Assembly: GCA_028534125.1 (NCBI GenBank) | Contig: CM052822.1 | Coordinates: 58,962,001 to 59,026,000 of the forward strand | Length of the DNA stretch: 64,000 nt | Reading direction: 5' to 3' | From: Lama glama | Lineage: Eukaryota | Shown here: piece by piece, positions 49,085 through 61,800 of the stretch | Numbering within the stretch: position 1 is the first letter of the stretch | Layout: each line of letters opens with the position of its first letter | The notes under the pieces: model-generated | Databases searched by the model: none | What the model was told of the DNA's origin: nothing | The model's input: the letters and a program-made list of their open reading frames with translations, nothing else | Made by a program: the position numbers and the translations under genes

Positions 49085-49320
49085 GAGAGCCGGCATTTAC
49101 TGAGTGCTTACCGTGTACCAGACGTTGTTCCGAGTGCTGCCTCATTTAAGCCTCACATTTTCCTTACGAGGAGGCATTCAGTTTTGTTACTCCCATGTTA
49201 CAGTTGGGAGCAACTGAAGCACAGGCTTAAAATAACTCGCTCAAGATTGCTAAATGGCAGAAATCTAATTTGAACCCTGGTAGTCTGGCCCCAGAGCTCT
49301 CACTGGTGACCATGGTGCAA
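49085..49320 (-). mobile_element. MIR SINE
   Basis: CATTTACTGAGTGCTTACCGTGTACCAG...CCCATGTTACAGTTGGGAGCAACTGAAGCACAG...TTTGAACCCTGGTAGTCTGGCCCCAGAGC. Confidence 0.85.
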
Positions 49321-52300
49321 TTCTGCCAGTGAGTAAGATCCCCCTAGTCTGGAGGAAATGTGGGGATCAAGACAGATGGATGAAGGTAAGACTAGACACA
49401 AGGTGATTTGCCATCTCTCTTGGTCTGGTCCAGGCTGGGACATCTGCCTTCGTCTCCTCCTGACTCCTGTCTCCCCTCAGTGCGTTCTGACTCGAGGCAG
49501 TCAGCACCGTCCACTGAAAAGCTCCCAGGAGGCCTTTTTCATTTCCCTCACTCCTGCCTCCCTCACTCGTGACTGTAATGGGATTTTTGTGCATCTTGTT
49601 TAGGTTCCAGTCTTTCCTGCCTCCCTAAGAATGTATGGAATCCACCTCCTCATTTGTCCGAGACTTGTATCAGAACGGGCTGGGCTCTGACTTGCCCCAT
49701 CCCTCGGTTTGCCCTCCTGAGCTCTTCTGGGCTCCCTGCACCCCCCCCCCCCCGCCTCTGCTCTCTCTCTCATCCCTTCTCTCTCCCTCTAATGCCTGCT
49801 TGCCCCTCCACTGGCATCAGCCTCCCTTTCTGTCCTGAAATTCTGCTCATTCCTGCTCCTCCCCATCCTGCATTATTTCCAGAGCAGGGCCCAAGTCATT
49901 CCATACACTAGGATGTGTTTGCCCTGCCCCACTGGTTGTGTCCCGCCCAGACTTTAATACCTGCCCGCCACCCCTGCCCCCGCCCTACCAAGAGTTGTCC
50001 AACTCTCCAGCCCCCAAAGTTGGCTCTTTTCTTTGAACCCCTCCAGTATTTGCTGTCTGTGCTGCCACTCGGTGGTCGTGTGGCATTTTTTCACTAGTTA
50101 ACTTGATATGGCTTCACCATGTCTTCTTGACTCGATCTTAAGCTCTTTGAAGACAAGTTATTTTTTTCTCCCTTCGGATCTATTGCAGTGCCTAATGCAG
50201 TGCTTTTCTGTTTAGTGCCACATAACTATTTCTTGGTCGGTTGATGACAATAAGTCTTAGTAATATAATATATATAAGATAACATAATATGCAGTATATT
50301 ATATAATATCTAGTCCTATAACGTAAGTCCTTTTATATAGTTCAGTTCCTTCAGCATTTGTCTTCCCATTTTGAGAATCCTCACCATTTTGAGGCATTAT
50401 CATCTCTTTAATCAACTCACCTGGCACCCTGGTCCTTCTCCAGCCCTGGTGGATCTTTCCAGAGATGTAAGGCTGAACCAGTGATCTCCCTTTTCAGGGT
50501 ATGCTGTACTCCATTTTAACTTTAACCCGCATTTCCTGCTGCCTACCTGGCCTTGGAAGCTGTCTTTGTTAGGGAAGCTCTGGACTGCAGCCAGAAATAC
50601 AGCCACGTAGAGGGTGCCACCCAGAAACCACCAAGTCCTGCCAAGCACATCCTCTCCCAGGAGGCCAGGATCCTTCCCCATCAGGCACCTTCCAGCACTG
50701 CCTAGAATCCTGCTACTCAGGACAGGCTGTGGGGACTTAGGGGTGGATTGAAAGGAAATCGGCCTACAGCCTCATTCGAAGGGCATAATATAAAAGCTCA
50801 CGGGTTGACAAGGTGGACAAGTTCAAGACAGAACATGGGCATCAAGATTGAGTTCCTTGTTGGGAAGAGTGAATCAGGGAGGGCTCCCTGGAGACAGAAG
50901 TGGTGTGAGGTCGCCCGTTGCAAACAGCTTCACATGTTTTCATCCTGCACTCCAGGGCAGAAACTTCCAGAAGAGGGTTGTTTTAGCATTCCTTTATTGG
51001 TAAATGAGCAGGCATCTCTCTGAGTGGGCTCTGCCACCTCTGCATCTCCCTCAACAGTGCAGGGGCTGTTCCTTCTCTGGCTTTTACAGCCGTGATGCAG
51101 GTTGTGGCCTCAGGGACAGGCAGGGAAGCAAACAGATCGGCTAGGCCAGGGCAGAGGGTCTTTGAAGGGGAGTTAGAGGAAATGAGGCCGTGGACATGGT
51201 GGGGGTGTGAGCCCCATCTCGTATACTTTCTCTTTGAGAAGGTACAAGATGCTGAGAATCTCCTTTTGGCCCCTTTTTCTCCCCACCCTCCCTGAGGCAT
51301 CCCTTTGAGACATTTAGATAGAGAATGGGGCAGGTTGGCCTTTCCCTTCCTTTTTGCTGATCCTAAGCTTCCCACTCTGCTTTTTCTGCACGCTGGCTCC
51401 AGGCAGCAGCCCAGGAGCAGCGGGCAATTGAGAGCACCTCCGAATAGCATTAAAAGAAATCAAATTCTTAAATGGTATTTACGCTGAGCGGCAGGGCAGG
51501 AGTCTCACAGCTTTTTCCGAGGGCGCTGAGGCAGGAAGTCAGTCCGTGGCAGGAGAAGCTGCACCGCCAGCAGGAGCTGCAGCTGGCCTGACCTCTGTCA
51601 GAAGAGCCTTCAACAGGTGATTAGGCGTAGGCAGAGGTCAGGCTCGCTGGCCTTCCTCCAGAGTCAGAGAGATGCCCCTTAAAAGTTTAATTGTGACTTG
51701 GAAATCTTAGCTGGAGATCGTGAACATTTGCCTTTCCTGGCTCCACCTCAGAACACACCTACCTTGGAGGACTACTCCCCACGTGGAGCAGAGAGCAGCC
51801 GCCAGTGGAATTCTGCGTAGTGCAGCCCACCTGGGAGCTGGAGGAGGCGAACGAGGCCACCTGGGCCCTGTTGCAGGGAACACAGGACAGCTACTCCCTG
51901 CCCTGGAACAGGTCGCAGTCAGCCTGGGCAAATGGTAGCATTGAGGGGCTCCCCACTAGCTCCTGGGACCTCGTTAAGCTGAAATGTACTGGGGACTTTT
52001 GGGTGAAATGGGAGAGAGAGAAGTAATTGTGATTAATGGGACCTTGGCTCCCTTCAAGAGGAGGGGTGGAGAGTTGTCATCAACAGCAAGCCGCTGACCC
52101 ATCCTACAACTGTCCTTTGCTACCCCTGATATTTCACCCTCTCTTGCCTCTGATCTCATGGCTGTGGCTTTGGGAACTTTCAAGAGGTGATTACAAGTCC
52201 CATGACAGCATCAGGAGCCCATGCTCTGGGCAGTGGGTGAAGTGGAGGAGGACGTGGGACTGTTGTTCCAGTGCGGAGAAGCAGAGAGGGCAGAGTGCTC

Positions 52301-54249
52301 TTGCCAGCCCGGCCCATCACTCCCAGCTTTCTCTCGGCAGAGTCAGCTGGGACCGGGCTGCAGACTGTAACCCAGCAGTCTCTGGGTGCACACTCCAGCC
52401 CTGCGCAGGGATTTTGGAGGGGTTGTGGTCTACAAGAGCTCTACTCCGGCAGTGTAAGCAGTGCCATTTTAAAATCGTCATTAGCTGCGAGGAAACCCAA
52501 CCTCAACCCATAGAGGAGGGCAGGTTCCAGGGTAATTAACCAGGCCGATCTGGCCCCTGGTGGGCTGCATTTATCCCAGTCTCAGCTGTATACACTTAGA
52601 CCTTATAATGACCTTTTTTCACCCATGGACTTTTCTTTGCATTACTGAGAGGCAAGAGAGATCATGAGCCCTCTGGGTTATACAGAGCAAGAATCCTGTT
52701 TTCCCTTGTGACAGGCGGGTGAGCACAGGACAGCCCTCGCCCACTGGCACTGCCAGAACTCAAAGACTGCATTTGCTGGGGCTCCGAAGCATCTCAAAGG
52801 GTGTTTTTATTTTCCTGACTGCATTATAGTAGGTTTGGTAACAGAGTTTGGGGATGTGCATCAGACATGAGCAGAGTACCCCCAAATGCCCAGATCTCCT
52901 CTCTCCTGGGCCTGAGTTGGGTGAGAGGACAGGAGTCTTTCCCTTTGGCCCATCCAGGGATGTAAGTCCGCAGGGCTGTAGTCCTTCGTGTGCTTCAGAA
53001 AAGAGTGGCCTTCCTGGGTGGTCACACACAGCACACACGATGTGCAGCCTGGTGGGGCAGGCCCATGCCAGGCTTCCTGCTTGGCAACTGAAGGCAGGAT
53101 GGATTTAAGGAAGGATACAAGTGGGACGGGGTGGGGACTGTAGATACCAGGGGAGATGGTACCTTCTTAGTCAGCCGGATGATGAGGGAGACACGAGGAG
53201 GGGCAGGGGATCCCCCTCTGGGGATGATGCTCCTTTAGCCTCTCAGTGCCTTCAGCTGTGCTTCATGCCATTGATCTGACTTTAGTCGGGAGGGATGAAC
53301 ATTCCATGTTTTTGGATTGAATTGTTTGCCATTTCTTATATTCAATTCAGTGAAACAAGTAAACTGCCTCTGGTCCCCAGCTGCAGTGTAGAATTTTTAT
53401 CTATTCAGGTCCTTCTCTCTGGTGCCTTTTTTCTGGCCTGCAAGAGGGATTGGTGTGTGTGCCTGTTGCCAAGAGACCAGGTGACAGTAAAAGAGAAGTC
53501 TTGTGTCCCCTTCCCTCAGCATCGGTCGTTCCTGCCCCAGCCTGACTGCTTTTGCGTGACCCGCGTAACCACAGCCCAGTTCGGACAACTGGGAGCTGGC
53601 TTCCCAGTCCAAGCCCCAGATTTCCTCAGTTCCGACCACAGTTGCCTTTTCCTCAGTGGCTTCTGTGTTCCCCTTAGAAGGGCCAGACACTAAGGCTTTC
53701 TCAGCCCTGAGCTCCGTGTTCCTTCAGGGGACCGCGACCTGAGCAGCACACCTAACCCCCAGCTTGGAGAATTGAGCTCTGGACCGTGGTCTGGAGCCCT
53801 GTCCTCACAGCTCTTCCTCTAGCTGTCTCCTGCCTGCTTTTGCTGTTCACCTCTTCCTTGCTGAGGGATGGATGTGTAGGAGACCAGGGGGAGGCACGCA
53901 GCAGCTGCTGCCTGCGCTCCTGCCTGGATAAATAGAGGAGCCCATCCTCGCTCCAGTTATATTCAGTACAGGCAAAGCCAAGTGCGAAACAGCCCCTTCT
54001 GCTCGTGACGTCTGGGTGCCTCTGAGTCATCAGTGCCGGCTGCACTGACCAAAGCTGGTTTCTGCCCCTCTGGGCTTCTACGAGTAGACCTGCTCTGATG
54101 GGGCATCTGTGGGACAGCCCTGTCGCTGTTCTCAAAACAGGCCTCCTCCAGTCAGTTTGGTGCCACAGGACTTCCCCCAAGGGAGTTTTCTGTCCCTAGA
54201 ACTTTACTTCTGCCAGTGATCTGGGGGAAGTGCAGACCTTTTACCTTGC

Positions 54250-55900
54250 ATTATCTGTTTATTGTTTGCCTACCATGTGCCATTAACTAGGTGTACCATT
54301 AATAAATGCCCGTTATATAATGCTGTAATTAATAGCGGTGTGAACAAAGTGCTGGGAGGAAAAGTGTTACCTAAGTAAATAATGGAATGGTTCAAGGGAA
54401 GTCACATCTGTGCAGAATCTTAACTGATGGGTTGGGTAGGAGTTTGCAGGTGAAGTCATCAGAAGAAGCTTTCTAGCCAAGGGGAATAGCATGTCCAGAA
54501 GCCTGGAACGATGCATTCTGTGTGGAGCTGGAGGTGGCTGGGCATGACTAGAGCGAAATAGGGCCAAAATGGTAGAAGGTGAGGCCAGTAAGAACCCGGT
54601 TATATAAAGAGCTTATACTCTATGCTGAGGAATTTCAACTGTGCTAGAGAACAAGGAAGGGATTTCAGCAAAAGAGAACGTGATCCAATTCAGGCTTTTT
54701 TACGAAGTAACAGCAACATTTATTGAGCACTTACTCTGTGCCAGTTCATTCATTACTGTGAGTCAGTTCGTTCTTCAATAAAACCCTTTGAGGTTGGTAC
54801 CATTCTTACACCCAATTGACAAATAGGAAAAAACCGAGACCCAGAGGGGTTAACTAACCCCCTAAAGATGACACAGCCAGTAAGTAGTAGAGCAAGACTT
54901 GAACCCAGGCGGTCTGGCCCCAGAGCCTGCCTCTAACCACTGTGCTGCCCTGCCCATGATAAGCCACCCTCTGCAGCGTTGTGGAGGGGCCATTCGGGAG
55001 TGGCAGGGCTGGTGGCAGGGATGCCCCTGAGGGGACTGTCACCATAGCCAGAACCTGAACTTAGAGAGCAGCAATAAGAATAAAGAAGAGGGGAAGAATT
55101 CAAGGAATATTTATGAAATAGAACCGGTGTGACCTGGAGATTGACTGTGAGTGTAAAAGACGTCCAGGATGATTCCCCAGCTGCTTGTGCTGCCAAGTGA
55201 GATAAGAAACGCAGGTGGAAGAGCGGGTTTTACAGCAAAGATCTGTAGATTCAGGGTTGGACTCGTTACATTTGAGATTTATCTGGGGGAGGTGAATCCT
55301 GAAGAGAGGTCTGGACTGGAAATAGAAGTGATGGTGTCATATAACTCTGAGCTGTGAAACACTGTCCACAGCTCCAGATGGCCCCCTGGGGACTATCCAT
55401 AGTCAAGGGGCATGTTGTTGTGGGGGGAGAATTCACAACTGAAACCAAGAAAAAGCACGAAGAAGAGGCCAAGCTTGGAAATCACAGAGGCCTAAAAAAA
55501 GGCAGCTTCCAAATGGAAGGGGGGTGTTTGGCTTTGTCAGATCATTCGAAAGGTCAAAAATGACATCTGAGAAGAAATGAATAGAATAGCAATTAAGAGG
55601 TCTTGAGTGACCTTGGAAATGGTAGTTAACACTGGAATATCGACAGTAGTGACCAGCTGGGTTGGACGGAGAAGTGAAAGGATGGTGAGCAGAATACTCT
55701 CAATTAGAGAGAGAGAAGTCGCCTGGAGGGCATGTGAGGGCAAAGCAAGGTGTTCTAGGATGGGCAAGATATTTGTGGGCAAAGAGGTAGACACTGGTGA
55801 AAAGGGAATAGGGGTGGTGATGATGCAAGAGACGGTGACTGATAGAAACAGGTACCTGAGGAAGCAAGAGAGAGTGTGGTCTAGAGCCAGGGTCATTTCT
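54250..55900 (-). mobile_element. Long L2 remnant with fossil reverse-transcriptase sequence, interrupted by a MIR (54706-54955)
   Basis: L2 3' region (GGGGAATAGCATGTCCAGAAGCCTGGA; GAGAGGTCTGGACTGGAAATAG); ORF 55537..55896(-) contains TTISKVTQDLLIA, resembling the L2 RT motif TETALxKVTNDLL. Confidence 0.8.
54706..54955 (-). mobile_element. MIR SINE
   Basis: AACATTTATTGAGCACTTACTCTGTGCCAG...CCCAGAGGGGTTAAC...ACACAGCCAGTAAG...TTGAACCCAGGCGGTCTGGCCCCAGAGCC. Confidence 0.88.
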
Positions 55901-58900
55901 CTCTCCCCAGGGTGGAAGAGGAAGAAGTGGTTACAGATGCCACCATAAGTGCCTTATAAAGGCAAAGTGTGGGTCCGCCTAGAAACCCACAGCCTGAGAA
56001 AAGTTCAGGGAAAGCCTGAGAGTTGGGATCAGCAAAGCGGAGTGCACCTGCCCCAGAGCGGGCCTTGGCATCAGAAAGGCATACGTGCCTGCAAAGAGGG
56101 AACTGACAATTGTGTTTGAGCTGATTGGACAACATTTGGTTACTTTCAGATCAGGCCAGAGATTTGATAACCTCATGCACTTACTCTACTCCATAGGTCA
56201 TATACACTCTAATTTCTCCTGCCAAAAGAGGTCAACCATCTTCTTACCCCCAGCTCAGTCCCTACAGGGCTCAGGTGCAGCTTCAGAGACTCTGGCCAGG
56301 CTTGGGAGAACCCCACTGCAGCTTGACTCCCTGGCCCACGTCAGGGGGGTGGGGTAAAGGATGCTGTCTGGAGGCACTGGATGAAGAGCAGTCCTCACTA
56401 TTCTTTTTGGTTTGGACTGCTCTTCTCCACATCAGCCAGGGAGCACAAGGAGGAGCTGGACCATTCAGGTGTGCCCCACTTTCAGAAGGGATTCCAAAGC
56501 CTGCCTCAGGCCCAGGAAAGCTATGGAAAGGGATGCCAGCAGTGGTGCCCTGGACCAGGGTAGGGGCAGAATGACGATCCCTTGATTCAGCCACATTCCC
56601 TGCAGGACCTCAGGGAAGAGAGAGTTAAATCTCCCTCCAGCCTCCAGCCCCAGGTTTTCCTGGGAAGATGAACAGTCTGCTTTCTTTATTGTCTGCACCA
56701 GATTGCGTCAGTTTGTAAACTGTGTTACCGCTTGCAAAGACCTAGAGTCAGCAGGTTTGCGTTCCCCGGTAGACTCAGAGAAGGCTGATCGCCTTGGCTT
56801 CTGCCTCTCCACCTCAGGTAGGACCAGGAGCTGCCCTCCTACCCTGTCTTCCTACCCCTTATCCCTGCGGTAGTCCAAGAGAGAGGAGGAAGCCCTGAGC
56901 TTCTGGCTGAGCCGTCTCACTCAGTGTTCAGGCCTTCCCTCAATTTCCAGGAGCTTCTTGGCACCTCTTGCCACTGTGCCAACCCAAGCCTGAATCTCAG
57001 ACATTCTGAGGGCTTTGGCTTGGACCAGTGCACACAAGTCAGAAAAGAGGTTTTCCAGAGGACAGTCAGTGTTGTGGGTTGGGCTTGGGAGAGTCCTCTG
57101 GTCTGGAGGTGATGAGGGATTAGGAGGGGAGGGACTGGGGCCCGCTGCTCCAGGAGCCCAGGGAAGACTGGTACTGCCTCTCGCCTGCCCCCTCCCCACC
57201 GGGGGTAATGAGACCCAGGAGGCATTTCACAGGCACTGCCTCTGCAGCTCTAGCACGTTATGTTGTTAATTGCATCGTGTTAATGCTCATCATCTCTGAA
57301 AGGCTTTGGTGTGTTTGCGCTTGGCCACGAATGGAGGGGACGAGCTGGCTGTGTTAAACTGCTACTATATTAAGGTGAGGTGTCTCTTCGAGTTCACGGC
57401 TCTGGCTGTGGCAGCACATTACAGCCTTCACGCAGCATCGGTGATGGTGGAAAGCCCAGCTCTCTGGCGGCCTGGCTACCTCTGCACGGCCAGCAAGGAG
57501 GCTCAGCTGTGCGCTGGTCGCTCTGGACTGCTCCTCACGTTCCTGCAGAAAGTGCTGGATGAGATGCGTGGGTTGGGAAGAGCTGGGGTGCCTTTCTTCC
57601 TCTCTCTCCACTTCCCACCTTCCCCTCTCCAAGACTTCTACAGGGCTTGCCCTTCTCTCCCACATAACCCGTTGTCTGTCTTCTCTCTCAATCTCCCAGT
57701 CATACCAACACCACCACCCCCAACCCCAAGTCTAACCTTAGAAAATTCTAAGCAGAGAAAACCTTAAAAATTTGGTTCATCTCTCATTTACATGTGGAGA
57801 ACAGCCTGGAGGGGGCTGTGATGCCCCAGCCCAGGAGAGGCAGAGCTGGTACCTTGATTCCTTTTCTAGTCCAGGGTCTTGTCTCTACTCCTCAGTGCTT
57901 TCTCCCCATCCAGGCCTCATTCTTATCTTATTCCCAGTTCCAGGTTTGTTGCTGATGGCTTTGGGGTTATTTAAAGCAAGGCTATGGCCACACAGCATAT
58001 GGAAAGGATAGAGGCTTCTGCCTGTCATTGGGACCTCTGATGTCGCCTCCCCAGAGAAAGCACTGAGCTCTCCTGCTCTGCCTTCTGGAGGAACATGCAA
58101 CCAACACCCCCCACCCTCCCCACCTCCCCCACCTCCCCTTGTGCAGGAAGTCTTCCTTTCCAGATGCCCCAGGGCAGGCCAGGGTGTCCTGAGCTGCTTG
58201 CCTACCTGGCATCACCTGTCCTGCCTGAGGCAGCCGCCTCCCTTGGGGCAGGGAGCATCCCTGCAGCTGTTTTCCAGGCCTTCCACAGCCTCCCAGCCTC
58301 TGAGGCTGAGGCTCAGTAATTTCCTGTGCTGCCTCAGGCAGTTCACAAGAGGCTCTCTGGGGGGATCTTACTGCTTTCCATCCTCCTAACATAAAAGGGG
58401 GAAGGTGGATTATGTGGGAAGGGAGGAGGGTCTCTTACCCTCCCCCACTGCCATAAATCCCCTCTGTGTTCTGCATCCTTTGGCTGCCCTCAGTCACCAC
58501 ACAGAGCCTGCCACCCCCTGCTTGCTGCGTGTCCTCCCCTGTTCAACATTTTAAAATTCCTTTGCCCCAGGTGCCTCTGGCTGCCTTTTTTGGGCTAGCC
58601 TTCCAGGGGAGGCAGCCTCCAGTGCCCTTCCCCTCACTCCACCAAGACCCAAAGCAGTCCAGGCCCCTGTAGGAGGGGACCTGCATCTTACCAGCGTTGC
58701 CCCAGATTTAGAGCCACTAGGCATCCAACTTGGCTCCTAGAGAAGAAGAGGTAGGCCAGCTACAGGCACCCCCGGGCAATCAGACTTTCCGCTGTGGTCT
58801 CATAGCTGAGCTTTTAGGTATCTTCCCCCAGACACGCATGTATCCTTTACGAAAGGTTTCAGAATCTGAAGGCTGAATGGTGGGAGGGCCAGGACAAGTT

Positions 58901-60079
58901 AGAGTTGTAATCGCTGTATGAACACCAGCCCCTGCCTGCCTTTAAATTCTCTTGCTTTCTGCACACCCCTCACCTTTCCGGCCGTGCACCTCACCCCAGC
59001 ACAGAGTGGGATAATGACTCAGCCCCCACTGCCTGTCTGATTGAAGTAGTTCCTGTGTTAAGAAGCGAAACAGAATCCAGACAAGGGCAAAAGGGGGAAT
59101 GGAGGGGGAGAGGGGGGCAGTGATTGAGTATACATTTCCAAGGACCAGGACACTTGGGCTGCTGAGGAAAGGGCTGTAGGAAACAAAACATTCACGGCCA
59201 CCTTCCCTCCCTCAGTAGCTCCCAGCCATGGAGGGTGGGAGCGGCTCCACGTCTCCTCTCTCCTCCTCCCCCTTCTCCCCTTCCTCACACTCCCGCAGCT
59301 AGGAAGAGCAAATCCACAGCTCAGCCAGGTGGGCACTGAGGTGTGCGCGCTGCCTGGGATGGGAACTCTTCCTCAGTAATTAGGAGACATGCAAATTAAC
59401 GGCCTGAGCCGTTTGTATTAATTTGGTAAATAAGCCAGAACAATTTCATTAGAGGTGCATTAATGTGCTTGGGAGCAGGAGGACGTGTCCCACTGTGAGG
59501 CAGCAGACCCGCTGGCCACCCCAGCCCCCAGACAGCCCGGGGCCAAGGTGTCTAGCTGCTTGCCTGCTGGGCATGGCTGGCTGGGCCACGCTTCCTCCCC
59601 TGATTGGCCCTGTGGTGAATAAAGACCTCCATCCCCTGAGCAGAACAGTATCTGTTTGTCCAGTTGGGTTTGGGGCAGTCACTCGTTAGCTCTTCCCATC
59701 ACTGCGCACTTTCCTCACCTCCCACTCTGGGTATAAGAAACCCAAAGTTTCTCTGGGTTGGAGAAGCTGTAAGGGAATTGAGCTCAGCCAAATAGGGCTG
59801 CTGCTGGATGTAACTGATCCAGCTGCTGTCAGCTGGCCCCTAGTAGAAGGAAGGGGAAGCAGTTTTACATCACCAAAAATTCATAGCTGGGGCTAGGATT
59901 TGAACCCAAGTCTGTCTGACTGCAAGATCCATCCTCTTCCCACCACCTCGTGGCCCAGGCAGTACACCCAGCTCTGGGGCAGATTCAGAGGACAAGCTTC
60001 ACTCCCCTTGGTGCTGACAGTCTGTTTGGAGAATAAATATTTGGAAATGAAATAACTGCCCCGACCAGGAAGTAAATAG

Positions 60080-60300
60080 ATAATGATGATGAAGCACTCT
60101 TCTAAGTGCTTAACATACTTAAATTAGCTCATTTAATCATCAAAACCAATCCTTTGAGGTAGGTACTGTTGTAATTCCAGTTTACAGTAAGCAGGTACAG
60201 AGAAGTTAAGTGACTCACCAACGGCCACGTACAGATGGTGGGTGGATTTGAACTCAGGCAGTTTGGCTCCAGAGTCCACGATCTTCACCTCTGTGTGATG
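60080..60300 (-). mobile_element. MIR SINE (second fragment at ~59860-59950)
   Basis: CTCATTTAATCATC..CCTTTGAGGTAGGTACTGTT..CAGAGAAGTTAAGTGACTCACC..GGATTTGAACTCAGGCAGTTTGGCTCCAGAGTCC. Confidence 0.85.
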
Positions 60301-61176
60301 CAATGGCCCCTACGTGTCAAAGGGAGGGTGACCCCACAGATTTCCAGGCCAGGTGTTCAGTTCACTGCAAGCCAGGGGTTAGGGACGCCTTCACAGGAAG
60401 GTGGCGTTGAAGCTGGAAGAGCTCAGCTCATGGGGCCTAGTTCAGGACCACAAAATCCCCACCACTCTGCCAGCATCGAGAGCAGAAGGCAAGATATGCT
60501 GGCAGGTGACCAGACCAGCAGGGGTGCACAGCGAGGCAGCACCTCGGTGTCCTTCAACGCCTGAGGACCAGGTCTGGCTTTAGACATCTAGGCTGCTCGC
60601 TTCTGTCTTAACCAGAGTTATCAGCAAGCCACCTCCTCCGTGTGCACCACCCACCCCCTTCTCATAGTCTCTTGGGAGGCGGTCTCCTCCCCCCAGCTCT
60701 GTGCGTTCCTAGGTCTCAGCAGGCAGCTTCAGCATGAGTGTTGAGGGGGAGTGAGGAGAAGAGCCACCATCTGTCCCTTGCTGTTGTGTCCGTGTGTTCA
60801 CATACTGCGTGGTAACCTCAAGGCCGTGTCAGCCCACATGTATACACACCAGATGAAGTTCTCTAGCAGCCCGTGGTCATCACCCCAGGCCTGCACTCCC
60901 TGATGTCACGTACCCTTGTAGGAGGTCTCCCCGGGAATGCAATGAGTCCAGATCTCTTCCTGAAACTTTCCAAGGTGCTGAAGAGACAGGTGGCCATAGT
61001 GTGTAGCACTTTGCACTTGACACAACACTCCGTGAGCGGTATCTCACTAATGCTTGCAGTAGCAGGAAAGAAACCAGGAGAGGTTTCTTGTGTATTTGAC
61101 AAGAATGAGCCTTTTCTAACTCCTGTCTTAGTTTGAGGCAACTTGTAGGAAATTGCTGTCTGTGTATCTGTGTATG

Positions 61177-61800
61177 CAGTCCGTCCTCATTATATGCGAT
61201 TCCGTATTTGCAAATTCACTTACTTGCTAAAATTGATTTGTAACCTCAAAATCAGTACCCATGGCACTTAGATCATTTGTGGATGTGCACGGATCAGCAA
61301 AACATTCGAATCTCCTGGTGAGCACGTTCCCAGCTGAGGTCGAACAAGCAGGGCTCTGCCTTCTCGTTTCAGCCCTCATACCACAGACAAGTGTCTTCCT
61401 CATGTCTGTTTAGTACCAAGTTTTTCCAATTTCTTGCACTTTTTGTCATAGTTTAAAATCCAAGCATNNNNNNNNNNNNNNNNNNNNNNNNNNNNNNNNN
61501 NNNNNNNNNNNNNNNNNNNNNNNNNNNNNNNNNNNNNNNNNNNNNNNNNNNNNNNNNNNNNNNNNNNNNNNNNNNNNNNNNNNNNNNNNNNNNNNNNNNN
61601 NNNNNNNNNNNNNNNNNNNNNNNNNNNNNNNNNNNNNNNNNNNNNNNNNNNNNNNNNNNNNNNNNATTGATAAGTTGATAAAAATGTGACCAGAGGCTTA
61701 GGAACCTAACCCTGGGTTTCCCCTGGAGACAGTGGTCCAGAATTCGCTAATTCAGTGTTCATGGTGACTTTATAGCACGTAAGTACTGCAAATAACTATG
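61177..61800 (+). mobile_element. MER82-like TcMar-Tigger element (partly masked)
   Basis: CAGTCCGTCCTCATTAT..GATTCCGTATTTGCAAATTCACTTACTTGCTAAAATT..CACGTTCCCAGCTGAGGTCGAACAAG..CTCTGCCTTCTCGTTTCAGC...GGAACCTAACCCTG. Confidence 0.85.

Noticed and set aside
55537-55896. 119-aa ORF with an RT-like motif
   Set aside because: Degenerate L2 fossil, not an intact gene
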